Below, piece by piece: positions 51,976 through 64,000 of a stretch of DNA of 64,000 nt. The position numbers were made by a program, and so were the translations under genes. Origin of the DNA: Takakia lepidozioides (lineage: Eukaryota; Plantae; Bryophyta). The stretch lies in assembly GCA_030704615.1 (NCBI GenBank), contig CM060732.1, positions 67,208,001 to 67,272,000 of the forward strand, given 5' to 3'. Under the pieces are notes generated by a model. The model worked only from the letters and a program-made list of their open reading frames with translations, made no database searches and was not told where the DNA came from. Every line of letters starts with the position of its first letter. The first letter of the stretch is position 1.

Positions 51976-54707
51976 GCCACTGGTGGGACCTTGCGTCTAT
52001 TGTATTTTCCTGGCGATGGGGGGCTACCATAGATGATGTGGTGGTCCCGCAATATTCTATTGATATATGTATTAGGCGAGTGCAAGTTGAGCTTGGTTTC
52101 TTGGAGTACGATAATGTGGGGAGGGTTTGAGTTTTGGAGAATAAGCGACAGGGTTGGGAGGCTAGAGGCAATGGAGCCCACATTCCACGTAAGACATATT
52201 AAGGGTTGGTCTAGCAGATTATCTTGGGTGTCGGAGTCTAGTGGTATCGCCGGATGAGGTTCAATGGGTGTTCCAGGGTCATGTTGTGGTGTATGGTTGG
52301 GTTTATGATAACTAGGTAGGTATGTTAGGGTATTTAACGTGGGTGATAGAATCTCTTGTGAAACGAAAGGGAATGCCATAGTAATATCTCGGATAGTAGG
52401 GTGGCTTGTTGGCGGTAGGGATTTTATATATGTTGTAAGCAATAGGTGCATTTGACCTGGAGTGGTTTGCATGAGGTGGTGGGAGTCTTGAACCTCCTGC
52501 AGGGGGTGTGGTGGAGCTATGTATTGGGAGGGGTTTTCTGGCAGCTCTTGGAGTCGTGTTAGCAAGGATAATATTCGGGTTTGCAGACGCTCAGATAGGC
52601 GTATGTTGCAAGATTTTGGCTTTGGAGATATGCATATAATGTATGCAAAGAGAACATGGTTTGTGGGGTGAGAGCTTAGGTTATAGCTATTATGGGCAAG
52701 GATTGGAAATAGGGATGTAGCTATGCCAAATGGCAGTGCCTCAGATGCGTATGGATCCAAAATGTAGCTAACTTTAGGTAGATATGCATCAAAAAGACTT
52801 TGCAGATGTGTGTATTCTAGCTTAAGAGTAATTGTGGCAGGATAAAAGTATAGGGTGTACCTAGCTTTTGCTGCCTTAGGGAGATGATTGACAACAGTTT
52901 GTATTGGATTCTGTGTGTTCTGTTGTGTATGACGACAGGTGTTTTGGGGGCCCGGGTTTTGGTGGATGTCCCCACATCGCATGAGCATTAGATGAAGGTG
53001 CGATTGTCTATGGATGTGCATCCATTTTTGCAGTTTGCGTCTAGCCTGTCTGGAGATTTTTGGGGCATGATATAGTCTACCTAAGAGTATTTGTGGGATT
53101 TGTTGTGGGTTGTTGAATAAAAATTCAATATATTTGTGGAATGTTCTGTTTTGACGGTGGTTGTATGCTTTCCTCGGCCTTCCCCAAATGCCATATATGT
53201 AATGGAAATTGTCGCATGATGTTGCACCAATGATATAGTCAAAGGATTGGCCTGGCAACAAGGGAGGGGAGAGATGTGGAACTGGTTCACATAGCAAGAG
53301 AGGTTGTGGAGGGGTATTGGGGTGAGGCTCTGGCGTTTTTAGGATATTGTAAAGGGACCATTCTGAATAGGTTAGCTGGGTGCTTCTATAGCTTTTAAGT
53401 TGTAGCAGCGGATATAGGGGTTTATAATTTGAGGCAAAGCTATATTTATTGGAGGGGCGGGCTCTTGCTTTTAGGGTTTTGTTAATGAGGAATTTTGAGT
53501 GGAGCCTTCTGCAATTAAAGTGTCGCATAAAGCAGGGCCAATTATTTGAGGGCAGATTATATTTATTGGTTATGCTTAGTGGGTCTATTATTGGTATTAT
53601 TAAGTATATACGAGATGCTTGCTGTGTATTTAGATGTGCAAGTGTGTGTATATTTGTAGTATGTTTGGGAAATTGCGGAGGGCTACCGGGAGTCGGGTCA
53701 TTGTGAAGGGGCCATTCTAAATGGGTGAGCCTATGGCAATGAAAAACCATCAATAGGCAAACGGGATTATAATTTGATGTTATATTACACATATTGGTGA
53801 TGGCATTTGGAGGGATTTGCAGTATAATTAGATGTAATTTTGTATGTATAATTTTGGAGTTTAATTTATGTATAATGAGCAGCGGGGGTCTGAATATTGC
53901 ATGGATACTCTTATTATTATTACTGTTATAAGTGTTATTTTTAATTTTATGTCTTGGTGTGAATTGGGATGAAAGTGGTGGGATGAAAGATTTGCTACCG
54001 TTTGTTGGGATGAGGAGAGTTTTGTGGAGGCTTGGTTGGATTTGAAAACTAGGCGGGGTCAATGATGTAGGAGTTGTGCGGAAGGGAGATTGTGGGATGC
54101 TCGAGTTCCAAGGGGGGTATATAGAAATGGATGTGTGATGTACGACAGTGAGTGCATTCCAGGGGGGTTGTAACTTTAGTTTTGAACAGGGACACGGGGT
54201 AGTGATGTTACTGGGTACTGATGGGGGGTAGTGTGAAACAGATGCTTTTGTCTGGAACGATCCAATGAGGTGGGGCAGGAGAATTGTGGGGCAGTATTGG
54301 AGAGCTCGGGGGTCAACTAATATTGATCGATTCTCAATATAGTGTAGAAGGTGTTTATGGGAGGGTGGGGGTAGCTTGGTGATATATAGTTGGGGTGAGC
54401 AGTTTGCAATGCATTGGCAACATTTATTTTCAGTATGAGGCCATATTGTAATCGAGTTGGTAATCTTTCGACTGACACACTGTGGCGGCGGGATGCACAT
54501 GGATGGATTGTGATAGATGCCAGGGGGGCGAAGGCTGTTATCGTGGTGTGGCATACTTTGCAACCGACTTCCTGAGGTCATATCGTAGCTAGGTGTTTGT
54601 AGCTGGTATTCAGCCTGCCTTAGATGTGCGATTAGTAGGGGCTGTGTAATGTGGGCTACGGTGTTGTTTGTTTGTGTGTTTTGGGTTGTGCACTGCTGAA
54701 TGAGCAA
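51948..54707 (-). CDS. LINE ORF2 N-terminal part: low-complexity leader, 2A-like motif, truncated APE endonuclease
   Basis: LMRCGDIHQNPGP at 52947-52985, and LICLTWNVGS...IIVLQETKL near 52200-52080. Confidence 0.75.
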   Translation of the reverse strand: MLIQQCTTQNTQTNNTVAHITQPLLIAHLRQAEYQLQTPSYDMTSGSRLQSMPHHDNSLRPPGIYHNPSMCIPPPQCVSRKITNSITIWPHTENKCCQCIANCSPQLYITKLPPPSHKHLLHYIENRSILVDPRALQYCPTILLPHLIGSFQTKASVSHYPPSVPSNITTPCPCSKLKLQPPWNALTVVHHTSISIYPPWNSSIPQSPFRTTPTSLTPPSFQIQPSLHKTLLIPTNGSKSFIPPLSSQFTPRHKIKNNTYNSNNNKSIHAIFRPPLLIIHKLNSKIIHTKLHLIILQIPPNAITNMCNITSNYNPVCLLMVFHCHRLTHLEWPLHNDPTPGSPPQFPKHTTNIHTLAHLNTQQASRIYLIIPIIDPLSITNKYNLPSNNWPCFMRHFNCRRLHSKFLINKTLKARARPSNKYSFASNYKPLYPLLQLKSYRSTQLTYSEWSLYNILKTPEPHPNTPPQPLLLCEPVPHLSPPLLPGQSFDYIIGATSCDNFHYIYGIWGRPRKAYNHRQNRTFHKYIEFLFNNPQQIPQILLGRLYHAPKISRQARRKLQKWMHIHRQSHLHLMLMRCGDIHQNPGPQNTCRHTQQNTQNPIQTVVNHLPKAAKARYTLYFYPATITLKLEYTHLQSLFDAYLPKVSYILDPYASEALPFGIATSLFPILAHNSYNLSSHPTNHVLFAYIICISPKPKSCNIRLSERLQTRILSLLTRLQELPENPSQYIAPPHPLQEVQDSHHLMQTTPGQMHLLLTTYIKSLPPTSHPTIRDITMAFPFVSQEILSPTLNTLTYLPSYHKPNHTPQHDPGTPIEPHPAIPLDSDTQDNLLDQPLICLTWNVGSIASSLPTLSLILQNSNPPHIIVLQETKLNLHSPNTYINRILRDHHIIYGSPPSPGKYNRRKVPPVAPPQCHFRQ

Positions 54708-55450
54708 GACAATTGCGTGGGAGGGCGAATTGTATCAGCGGAGGTGTTTTATGTGCAAAACTTTGGTGAGTAGAGGGGGAGCTTTTTGCAGTGCTTTGGT
54801 AATATTTGTTGGCGGTGTGAGGCAGCGGATGTTGCAGTTGTGTTTTTGGAGTCCGGGCGCAGCCAGGTGTTTGTGATTTATATCCAGTCTGCCTCAAGCA
54901 TATAATTGGCCGGGGCTGTTTAATGGGGGCCAAGGTGTAGCTTGATTTGATTGGTATGTGGTTGTAGGGCACTGCAGATATTTGGAAGTGGTCATATGAC
55001 ATGCTGTGTATAGGTTGCAGGAGGTATATGGTTATTAGAGGGGATCCAATATTATTTGTTTGTATATTTTGAGTTCTAAATGAGCTGCTGGTATACAGTT
55101 GGGGGGAGCAGTTTGCAATTGATTGATAATGTTTCATAGAATATACAATATATGAGTTGGTTTTTTGGGGGGGCCTTATGTAGGTGCAGCTTTTAACAGG
55201 AAGAGTTGGGTTTTTCATGGTGGGGCAGAGCAGTTGCATGAGAGAGGGTGTTTTTAATTGGTATCCAGCCTGCCTCATCCATATGACTAGCAGGGGCTGT
55301 TTGAGTGGGGCCAAGGAGTTGGTTGTTTTGATTGGTATGTAGTTGTGGGGCATTGTTGATTCCTGAAGGTGGTCATATGTCAGGCTGTATAGTGGTTGGA
55401 TGCAGTGTATGGTTATTAGGAGGGAATCAGTGTCATTAGTTCTGAATGTA
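54300..55450. repeat. Diverged tandem repeat (units about 275-380 bp) inside the LINE
   Basis: tatYcagYctgcct...ggggctgt recurs at about 54606, 54881 and 55261; gagcagtttgcaat at about 54397 and 55106. Confidence 0.7.
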
Positions 55451-58400
55451 TTATTGAATGTGGGGTCAGATCTTAGGTGCACCATTTCCGTATCTGCATA
55501 CAGTGACTGCCCAGTATAAAGGTATGTGGCTGTTTTGGTACCGTATATATATAAGTTGATTGTTGTGGGGGGCGTTATGTGTGTGTTGTATGGCTTAATT
55601 GTTGTGGGGGGTTGTTTGTGAGTGTAGCATTCAATATGAAGGGTAATTATATATTCTATGGTGCGGTAAAGTAGTTGCGTGAAAGGGGGTGTTGTACCAA
55701 CTATCCACAGGGGCCCTCCTTATTTGGCGAGTAATTCCTGACAGTGCTGGTAGTTTGCATTGGCCCTGGAAGCATCTCAGTGGGGGTACATGACCATAGT
55801 GTAGTTGAATTGAGAATCTTTTGAATGGCCCACCATGGTGGCAGGACGCAAATGAGTGTATTTTGATAGTGGTAAGGGGGGCCTAAGACATGCGAATTGT
55901 GGATGGTGTGTCTTAGGGTTGTGACTGGTTTCAACATGCTTTGACTACAGTACAGGCTGTTGGTCTGACGTGGGTCTACAATGTGATGGGTCCCTGAGAA
56001 GACTGATTGATTGATGTTTATGGTGTTTTCTAGTGAGAGGGTTAAGCATTAATGTGGGGCAACTGCAATGGAGATAATCCAATGAGGAGCTAACAACAGG
56101 AGATGTGAACTGAAAGGGCTGCTTGAAGGCTTGGGGATGAAGAGGGCCTGTATGGATCTTGCTACTAAGGTTCAGCACTTCTATCGCCAGGTACGACCTT
56201 AGCTTAGCTGGGATTGTTGTTTCCAGCCTATTCAAGACTAGCTTAGCTATTTTCATCTTGTTTTGGCTGCAGTGCAGGCTTTTGGCATGATATGGGTCTG
56301 TAGTGTGTTGTGTTCCCGAGAAGATTGATTGATATTTGTGGGGTTTCCTAGTGAGTGGGGGAAGCCTTAGCGCGGGGCAGTACTGGCAACTGACGTGGAG
56401 GTAACGGGTTGAGAAGATTACCTTTCTAAAGTGTTTGTAAGCATAATATTTCAGTGAGGGTAGAGATAGGTGCGCAGTTTGCATTTTGTAGTCTTGATTT
56501 GTGGCAATTATATCACTGGTAACTGGGTAGTATGATGCTGGTTTGCTTGTGTTGTGGTGGTCATTGTTAATGTGTTGTGCGTGTTCCTGTGGCCTGCAGT
56601 CAAGCTTTTTGCAAGTTGGGGGATGCTGGAGCAGTTTGCATTTAGTATTTATAGTATGGTAGTCATGTGTGTAACATTTGGAAATAAATGGCCTTGTGCC
56701 CCTGAGTAAGAGAGTTAGGGGGTGGCAGCATGAACCTTGGGCAATTTTGGGGTATATGGAATTGACATGTCTTTTTGAAGCTGTTGTGAGGCCTGCAGGT
56801 GGTGGGGCGCAAAAGGGGGAATACATGGTATTGCAACTCTGGTGTTAGGGTGTGGCACTGGAGAGGGTAGTGGGTTAGTGTTTGGCTTATCATCCTAACA
56901 CACGGAGGTGTAGATTGCCCGAAAATATTGGTATTTTTAAGGAGGGAGGTTGGTGATTGAGGTCCCATTTGACTTTTACAGAGTGTTTCCACTTGGTACA
57001 ATTTATGTGTGCAGCGATTAAGTTCCTGAATGGATGCAGCTAGGGGGGTTTTAGATTGAGTCATTGTGGGAGAAGTATATCTGCTCACAAGTGGAGAGAT
57101 ATATTGTTGCTGTACTTTGAGGCTGTACTTGGGGGTATGTTTAAGTTGCAGCCTAGGTGTGATGTAGGTGACGTGGTCAATTGTGTGTTGTGGTAAGTAA
57201 TAGCTATGGGGGGGGAGATAAAGTCTTTGTAAACAGCAGCAGGAAGTAGATATAGTGAGGTGGTGTTTAATAGAAGCAAGTGCTTTTGTGCGAGGAATGG
57301 ACGGTATTGGCTTAGGCCAGCCTTGGCAGTGGCAGTTGGGCAGCTTAGCTGAAGTAGCCTTGGTAGTTTTATAGTTGTTGTAGTGATTTGTGTAATAGTG
57401 TGGATAGTAGTGGGAAGTTATCGTACTTTCCTGGTGGGAGGCAGAGCTATGGCCATAAGGAGGGGATTTAGAGTTGCTATTGGCAGCAATGAATTTGTAA
57501 GATTGGGTGTTACAGAGCATATGTAAGTGGCCTTGGAAGATTGGCATATTCTCATGGTGCCAGCCAGAGTTAGGACCCCAAAGACATACATGCTTTGCAT
57601 GTTCCTTATCTGCAGCAAAGTTAGTTGTGATGATTGTTTTTAGTGCAGTTGGGTAAGGGGTCAGAATATTTATTCCTAGGCATTTCCATAAGATATGTTG
57701 TGTCAATGGGGTTGTATATTCAGAGATTTTCCCTGAGCAGGTGTTGTGTGTTTAAATTGAAGAGAGCCTAGTATGGGACCTGTAGTGCGTGGGATGCTCA
57801 ATTCATGGGTGTGTAGTCTTGTTTCGTGATTTTTTATTTGTTGGAAGCTAACTGGTGAGTGTGGTATTTTGGCCATTATGGAGTAGTAAGCATATTTGAT
57901 TATATGTCTTGGTTCTGACAGCGTTTGGTTATGTTTGGGAGGAGTTGATGGAGTCTGTAGCATTAATGTAAGAAGCTTGAATTTTAATTGTTGGTATGGT
58001 GTAGGTGGGCGAACTTGTATATTGGTAAATAGTTGGTAACATAGGGATCCACCTGAGAAATGTGGTGTGTATAGTGCACGGCAATTTAATGCTGCTAATA
58101 TGTGATGATATTTAGAGATGTGAGCAGGCATATATGAGAGATTGGTGATCAGATGTGGTGTTTCTCGTGTTTGTAGTATAGAGTAGATGATAATGTAGGA
58201 GAAAACTGGCATGTAGATGGCAGCCTTTGTTTGAAATTGACAAGTAGACAGAGAATGTGGCATGATACTGTATTGAGTGCTCAGCGAAAATGTAGATGTG
58301 CTAGGGCTATGGAGCATAATCTGTTCTGAATCATATTTAGAGAGCATGTATATCAGAATGAAGCTAAATAATACTGTGAGTAATATAGATCTAAACATAT

Positions 58401-58471
58401 TGGTATAATTTCTATTGTAAGATATGTGTGGGGATACTAGAGCCTGCAGGCGGAGTGTATTTCGACACTGA

Positions 58472-60429
58472 TCACACATTGGCAGGATTGTGATGCTCCT
58501 GGTTGCTGGCTATAGCTATGTAAGTCCCACCTGGAGGATTGAGAGAGGATGGCCCCGCTCCTGGAGTGCCATGCAATAGTGCAATGTTCGTGTGTGCTTC
58601 CTTTTGGTGGGGTCCTGTTTTGTCAATGCGTTTGGGGGTGGCGTGTTTGAGCACATCCGCATTGGGGTGGTAGCTAGGCGCAGTCTGATTCGCAGTTGGG
58701 GCGGTAAATCCTGGGATGCCAGAGCTTTTGAACTGAGGTAGTTTCTCAAGTATGACGTTGGCACTCTTATAGAAGGTTTCTAAGTTGGTGCCCAGGTGAT
58801 CCGTGATGGACTTGTGCAGAGATATCATGTAGGTGTGATAGTCAGTTTGTTGTGTTGTGATTGTGTCTGATACACGATTTTCCATAGAGGCGAGCTCACC
58901 TCGGATGTCTGTTTTGATCGTAATGGCATGGGCAGCAAGCTTTTGGTCGATTTCAGACATGAGCGCAGCATGGCCAGTGCCAGGGGCATTCCTTGGCTGA
59001 ATGCTGATTGATTCTACCGTGTCCGCAAGGGCCTGGTTGATATTTGCCACCCGCAGGCGTTGCAATATTTCTGGTGCTGGCGGACGTATCCTATTCAGGC
59101 TGTGTATGTGGCGCAAAATTTACAAGCCATTGGCACATTTCTTCTGTTGCACCACTGTGTGAAAATTGTTGGATTTTTGCAGATGAGTTGAGCCATTCCT
59201 GTATGCTTTGTTTTCTCTGAAGAATGGACATTACTGAAGAGGATCTCCTTGATGTTTCCTTGTCCAAACAGCCGCGACAGAGAGTCCTTTGTTGCCTCTT
59301 GGGTTAGCATCGCGTCTAAATTCTTGGCTACGATTGTCAAAGCGTTCCTCTTTGCGACGATCTCCACTGGGGTGGCTTTGATGCCAGTCATGCTTGTTCT
59401 CTTGATGTGCTGAACATGTTTGAGGAGCGTATGCTCAATGCGGACGCCCGTCTCCATTATTCTTTTCCTTGTGTCCTCCGAGAGGAGATTGATGTGGCAG
59501 AACGCAGAGTCAGCTTTGGGCTTGTTGACATGTTTGAATTCGAATTCATCTCCATGGTTGTATGTCTCGATAATGAAGTGTGCTGTTAACATATATCCCA
59601 GAGAGCCCTGAAGGATGTCCCCAGCCATGTAAACAGAAAGGTGTTCAGACGAGGCTGTCATATCGTAAGCTTTTTCTACCTTACCCTGCACCCTTTCTCC
59701 CGATGCTAATTCCATCACAAAGGCCCTATCTCCACGAAGGAGAGCAAGACCATCCACTTCAGGGTGCTGTAGCTCAATTTTCAAGACACCTGACCAGATT
59801 TTAGAGGCTGGCTTAGTGTAAACTGAGACAGGATAGTACATGACATTTCCAAGCGCAATACCCATGTCCTCAAATCGTTTCTTGGCTCTAAGTAGCACAA
59901 CCTCCTTGGGCATGGTGGTATCAGAGTCAAACCTTATCATAATATGATAAGGAGTGGCAGACAAGCCTGTGTGAGGATTCACGTTGGTATTTTTGGGCAA
60001 TTGAGTGAGATGGTAGAACTGTCCGTCTCTTCCGTCAGATCGAGAGCAGGGGTAGAGAAGTTGGTGGATCCTTGGGAAGGCTTTCCTGCAGGTGAGCATG
60101 TCATGGCATTCTTCAGAGGAAAGTCCCAGCTGTCGGAGAGATTCGCTTGATCGAACTTCTTTGAGAATGGGCCAATCAAGATCCACAGCGTGCTGCTCCA
60201 TGGTTTGAAATCCCATCCATAGTTGCGTAAGAGCATAGTAGGTGTCGATTTCCATGACAGGCCGAGTACGTGGGGGAAAAATACCTCGAAGTTTTTTAGA
60301 GTCGGAGTGCGTGCTTCCGGCGTTGCTGTGGATTTCGCTGGCGGCGCGCTTCGAGCGATTCTGTGTGATGTCTTGGGGCTCTTGGGGGCTGGGAGGAATG
60401 ACCGCTTCGTCCTGCAACGTGGCATACAT
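58472..60429 (-). CDS. Probable LINE ORF1 (RRM-like plus coiled-coil), split by one frameshift near 59110
   Basis: 444-aa and 214-aa overlapping ORFs of normal composition upstream of ORF2. TIVAKNL...LFG...GMAQL is an RRM-like pattern, followed by a heptad-like segment. Confidence 0.6.
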
Positions 60430-63400
60430 ATCACGATCAAATTCTCTCTGACTGCGGGTTGAGCGGACGCTAATTGCAGGATGAACCGTGCGTTGGACCG
60501 TATTTGTTGGTATCCGATTCTTGGGCCATATTCTCAGTGGGAGTTAGAGACAGAGTTGGTCTATGTGCTTTGCTTTTGGGTCTGGAGCGGAAAATTGAGT
60601 TCACTGGTAGTCGGAGAGACATGCAATAGTAAGAGGTGATGTAGATTTGAGGAGTGCTTACAAGTGTAGTACTGCCTAGAAGCGCTAAGGGATGTTGCTG
60701 AAGGTTTTGAACTGGGAGATTGACACTGGGATCTAAGTGTGGAAGGGTGTGGAGAGATGACTGGGTGGCTCTTTTATGTTTGCATGGTTGTATTGAGAGT
60801 GCAACAGGTTTGAGCTGGAAGGTGTCGAGTATGAGGGGGTGGTGGTCAGACGGCTGGTATGGTCTTGGGGCTTGTTTGGGAATGATTATACGATTAGGGG
60901 TTGAGGATTTTGCTAGAAAATGGGGGGAGTAGTTTCTGCCCCATTGTGTACTGAGTAGATAAATTGAGGGGTGATTCATATAATTATGAGATTGTGTGCG
61001 TTTTGATTCTAAGTGATTATTGATCTTGGTGGTGAGAGGGGATTCTGAATTTTGCCTTTGTTGATTTGGTTTAGTTGTGCTGGTGGGAGGATATATTGTT
61101 GGAGATGTTGACTCATAGACATGATTGGCACAGGAAGGTGATCCGTCAGTATGTATTCGGTGGGATGGATCAGGCCTTGGTGTACTGAGACTCTGCAATT
61201 GATGATGACTGGATGTGTAGCAGTGCCAAAGAGATTGTAAGATAGTACTTGGAGATGGTTCGTGTGCTACAGGAGCATGCGGTTGATGATGGCTGGGGTT
61301 ATTATGGAATCTAAAAGAAAGGTGGCTGTAGAGGGCAGATGTTCTGTTCATAGTATGACTCCGAAGTTTACTTTGTAGATACTTTGTGTGGCTGTCAGGT
61401 AGATAGTAGCAATGTTTTTGTATAGTGGTTTGAAACTTGGACCCATGTGTAAATTTATCAGAGATCTGGGAGTTGAAATGTGAGGAGATATCTGTGCTAT
61501 TTTGCGGAGATGTACTGTGTGTGTATTTTGTTGCTGTTGGTTGGAAATAGATTGAAATATACAGTTTAGTGTATATTTTGTTGGTGTCCATGTATGAAAA
61601 TGCGTCAGTAGATATTTGTCATGGGTCTTTTGTATGCATGGTGATCGGGTTGGGTTGATGCATGTTTTTTGTTGGGGGTGAGTGGTGGTGTATGATGATG
61701 TTGGACAGTAATAATCCAGATTAAGGTATTGGAAGCAGATTGAAAGAGCCATTTAAGAGTATCTTTTAGATTCTGTACATAGTAGGATTGATAAGTGGAT
61801 TTGATAGAGAGGGAGAGGGAATTTATCCAAGTCATGGAGTCAGATTGAGTATAAAAGCAAAGATAATAGTGAGTGGGCATAAGATCTGTGTTTGTAAATT
61901 GCGGAAAGTTAAGAGATGAGTGGAGAGGTGTCCAATTATAGTAGGTGGTTTGGTAGATAGAGCTGAGGTGGTATCCAAGGGAAAGAGTTCTTGTGTCTAC
62001 ATGCTGTGGTAGTGACCAGTCCACCAACTCCGTGGGGCGCTGACGCAAGGTGAGCTTACCTTGTTTTGTATTGTAACCCTAATCCTGATATTGTAATGGA
62101 TAGTAGGTGCAGATCGGGTCTCAGTAAGGGAGATAGGAATGAGCAGGTAGTGTAATCCAGTTTGGTCTAGATCAGTTAAGTGTATATGGGCAAGAACGTT
62201 CGAGGATATACAGGGTTGGGGAATGAGGTTCCTGTTGGTGCCAGTAACTGTAGAGGTGCTTATTGCTCGTAACTTTCCCCTGTTATACAAAGAAGCAGAA
62301 GATGGCCAAGGTCTAAGGCAAATTAGGGGGGAGTGGGTCTGCATGTATTTACTATATTTTGACATTGGGTCATCAGAGTACATTCTATGTGCACATAAGT
62401 AATAGGGATTCTCTACAAGACAGGGAGCATAGTGAGTTGGATCAATTTTTGAGCATAGTATAGTCATAAATTGGGTATGTTGTGGGTAGGACAGAGGTGA
62501 TTGGGTTGGTGTCTGTGCATAGTGCGTTTCAAACTGACCATTGAGCGAGGGGTAGAGAGCATATGTCCAAATAGAGTTCAGATGTTGGGGTTTAAGATAA
62601 TAGCATAGGGCGAGAACTTCTATGTTTACATATTGAATAAGGGGGCAGTTAGGTGCCCCTATATAGTAAGTTTGATATTGAGAGCTGAAAGAGTAGTTCA
62701 GTGGGTTGAGATAATAGCAAAAGGTTAGTGGTTTTGTGTTTTCATGATGTAAGAGGGAGCAAACAAGTGCCCTTGTACAATAAGTTTGATAATCAGAGTT
62801 GAGACAGTAGGCTAGAGGAGGTGTCCAGATAGAGAGAGTTTGGTAGTTGGAAGTGTTGAGAGAGCAGTCAAAATCTGGATTTCCTGTGCCAGTGTATTGT
62901 GGAATTACCCAGCTTAGAAAATTTGTAAAGTCTTTCAGACGTGAGGTGGAATTGCATCTATTTGCACACAATCTGAGCAAACTAGGAGTGTTTATATTTA
63001 CATATCGGATTTCAAGAAAAGAGGCATTTTGTGAAAGAGAGCTAATCAGTGCCGGTATATAGTAAGTTTGGTATTGGGAGTTCAGGGAGGAGTCAAAGAA
63101 AAAATGTCCAAGGGGAGATAATTTGATAGAGAGAACTGACATAGCAGGTAAGAGCAGGAATCCTTGTATCAACGTATGTGGGGAATATGCAACATATGCA
63201 TTTAGTATAGTCTTTGAGAGGTTGGGCATCTATAGAAAGGGTAGAAGATATGTTGACAAGATCACAAGCATGACAAACATGATGTACGTAGTGGATCAAG
63301 GCCAGGGGGCACCTGGGTGGGCAAAGATAGAGAGCGGGTTGACTCCTACTGTCATTTAGTGCAGTGTAACTCCAAGCTCGTAATTTTTTACGAAGGCTAT

Positions 63401-64000
63401 GAAGCTGAGAAACAAGATATGAGGAAGGTTTGGTTTGGGCATCCAGGCCCTGTTCATTTATGTGAACATTGCGCATCAAGAGATCATAGGATGCAGTTAG
63501 ATAAAAGGAGGAATTAGTGGGGAGGCATGGAGTTGATTTGGAGGGATTTGTTTGACAATTAAACCTAGCATGCCAACTATGAAGTTGTGAGGTTATGAGG
63601 GATTCAAAGAGTAGCATTGTGTGGGAGTAAAGATAGGTATCATAACTGTTTGGATAGAGAATTCCAAGCAGGTGCGAGGGATAGTACCTCGGAGTACGCT
63701 TTGCAGGTGTAGAGTTCAACAATTGTATCTTTTGCCAGATGTTGTGGTTGTGGGACCTTGCATATGAAGCATGTTGGGGGTCCAGTGGAATCGACGTAGT
63801 AGAAGGCAGGGAAGCCTGATCTGCTGTGGCAGTTTGGAAATATAATACATGTTGTTGCTGAGTTGTCTTGCAGGCGAGGAGACGATCATGAGGAAGGGCG
63901 TTGGCAGAAGTAGGCGCTAGATATGTAGGAAAACTGAATAGGACGTCGTTGTAGGCTTGGAGACGCGTACTATCTACATAGATCCATGCCGACGCTATGT

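Larger units (their letters stand above)
39050..64000 (-). mobile_element. Large internally deleted non-LTR retrotransposon of Dualen/RandI-like architecture, interrupted by a DNA transposon; 5' end probably beyond the window
   Basis: ORF1-like frame, 2A-like motif, APE start, RNase H ends, CCHC, RLE, 3' UTR and (TA)n tail, all on the minus strand. RT absent. Confidence 0.78.

Noticed and set aside
51975-52005. DARSHQW as a Dam-type motif
   Set aside because: These bases belong to the APE frame upstream of the deletion junction, so the match is probably coincidental

Overview
Eukaryotic, TE-dense plant DNA. A bryophyte-like host is inferred from the gene and TE families and the GT-AG introns. 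Host genes are two convergent MATE/DTX transporter paralogs with intronless CDSs (one disrupted by a retrotransposon integrase fragment) flanking a secreted extensin-like/PLAT gene. The rest is nested mobile DNA: a Ty3/gypsy element with an integrase-PHD fusion, a chromovirus fragment, CACTA remnants, hAT, mariner-like and piggyBac-like MITEs, a tRNA-SINE and a small LTR relic. A very large deleted non-LTR element on the minus strand retains APE, RNase H and RLE remnants (Dualen/RandI architecture) plus a 2A-like motif. Inserted in it is the most striking object: an 11.2-kb Mutator-like DNA transposon (39811-50994, 9-bp TSD). Once a 4-kb internal inversion is undone, it has two divergent spliced genes: a GCM/DDE/SWIM transposase, and an accessory gene fusing a ParB/Srx-like domain to a beta-class N6/N4 DNA-methyltransferase-like domain. 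One intron of the accessory gene holds seven regularly spaced 20-bp palindromes. This copy is frameshifted. All domain calls are by motif recognition; no searches were run.
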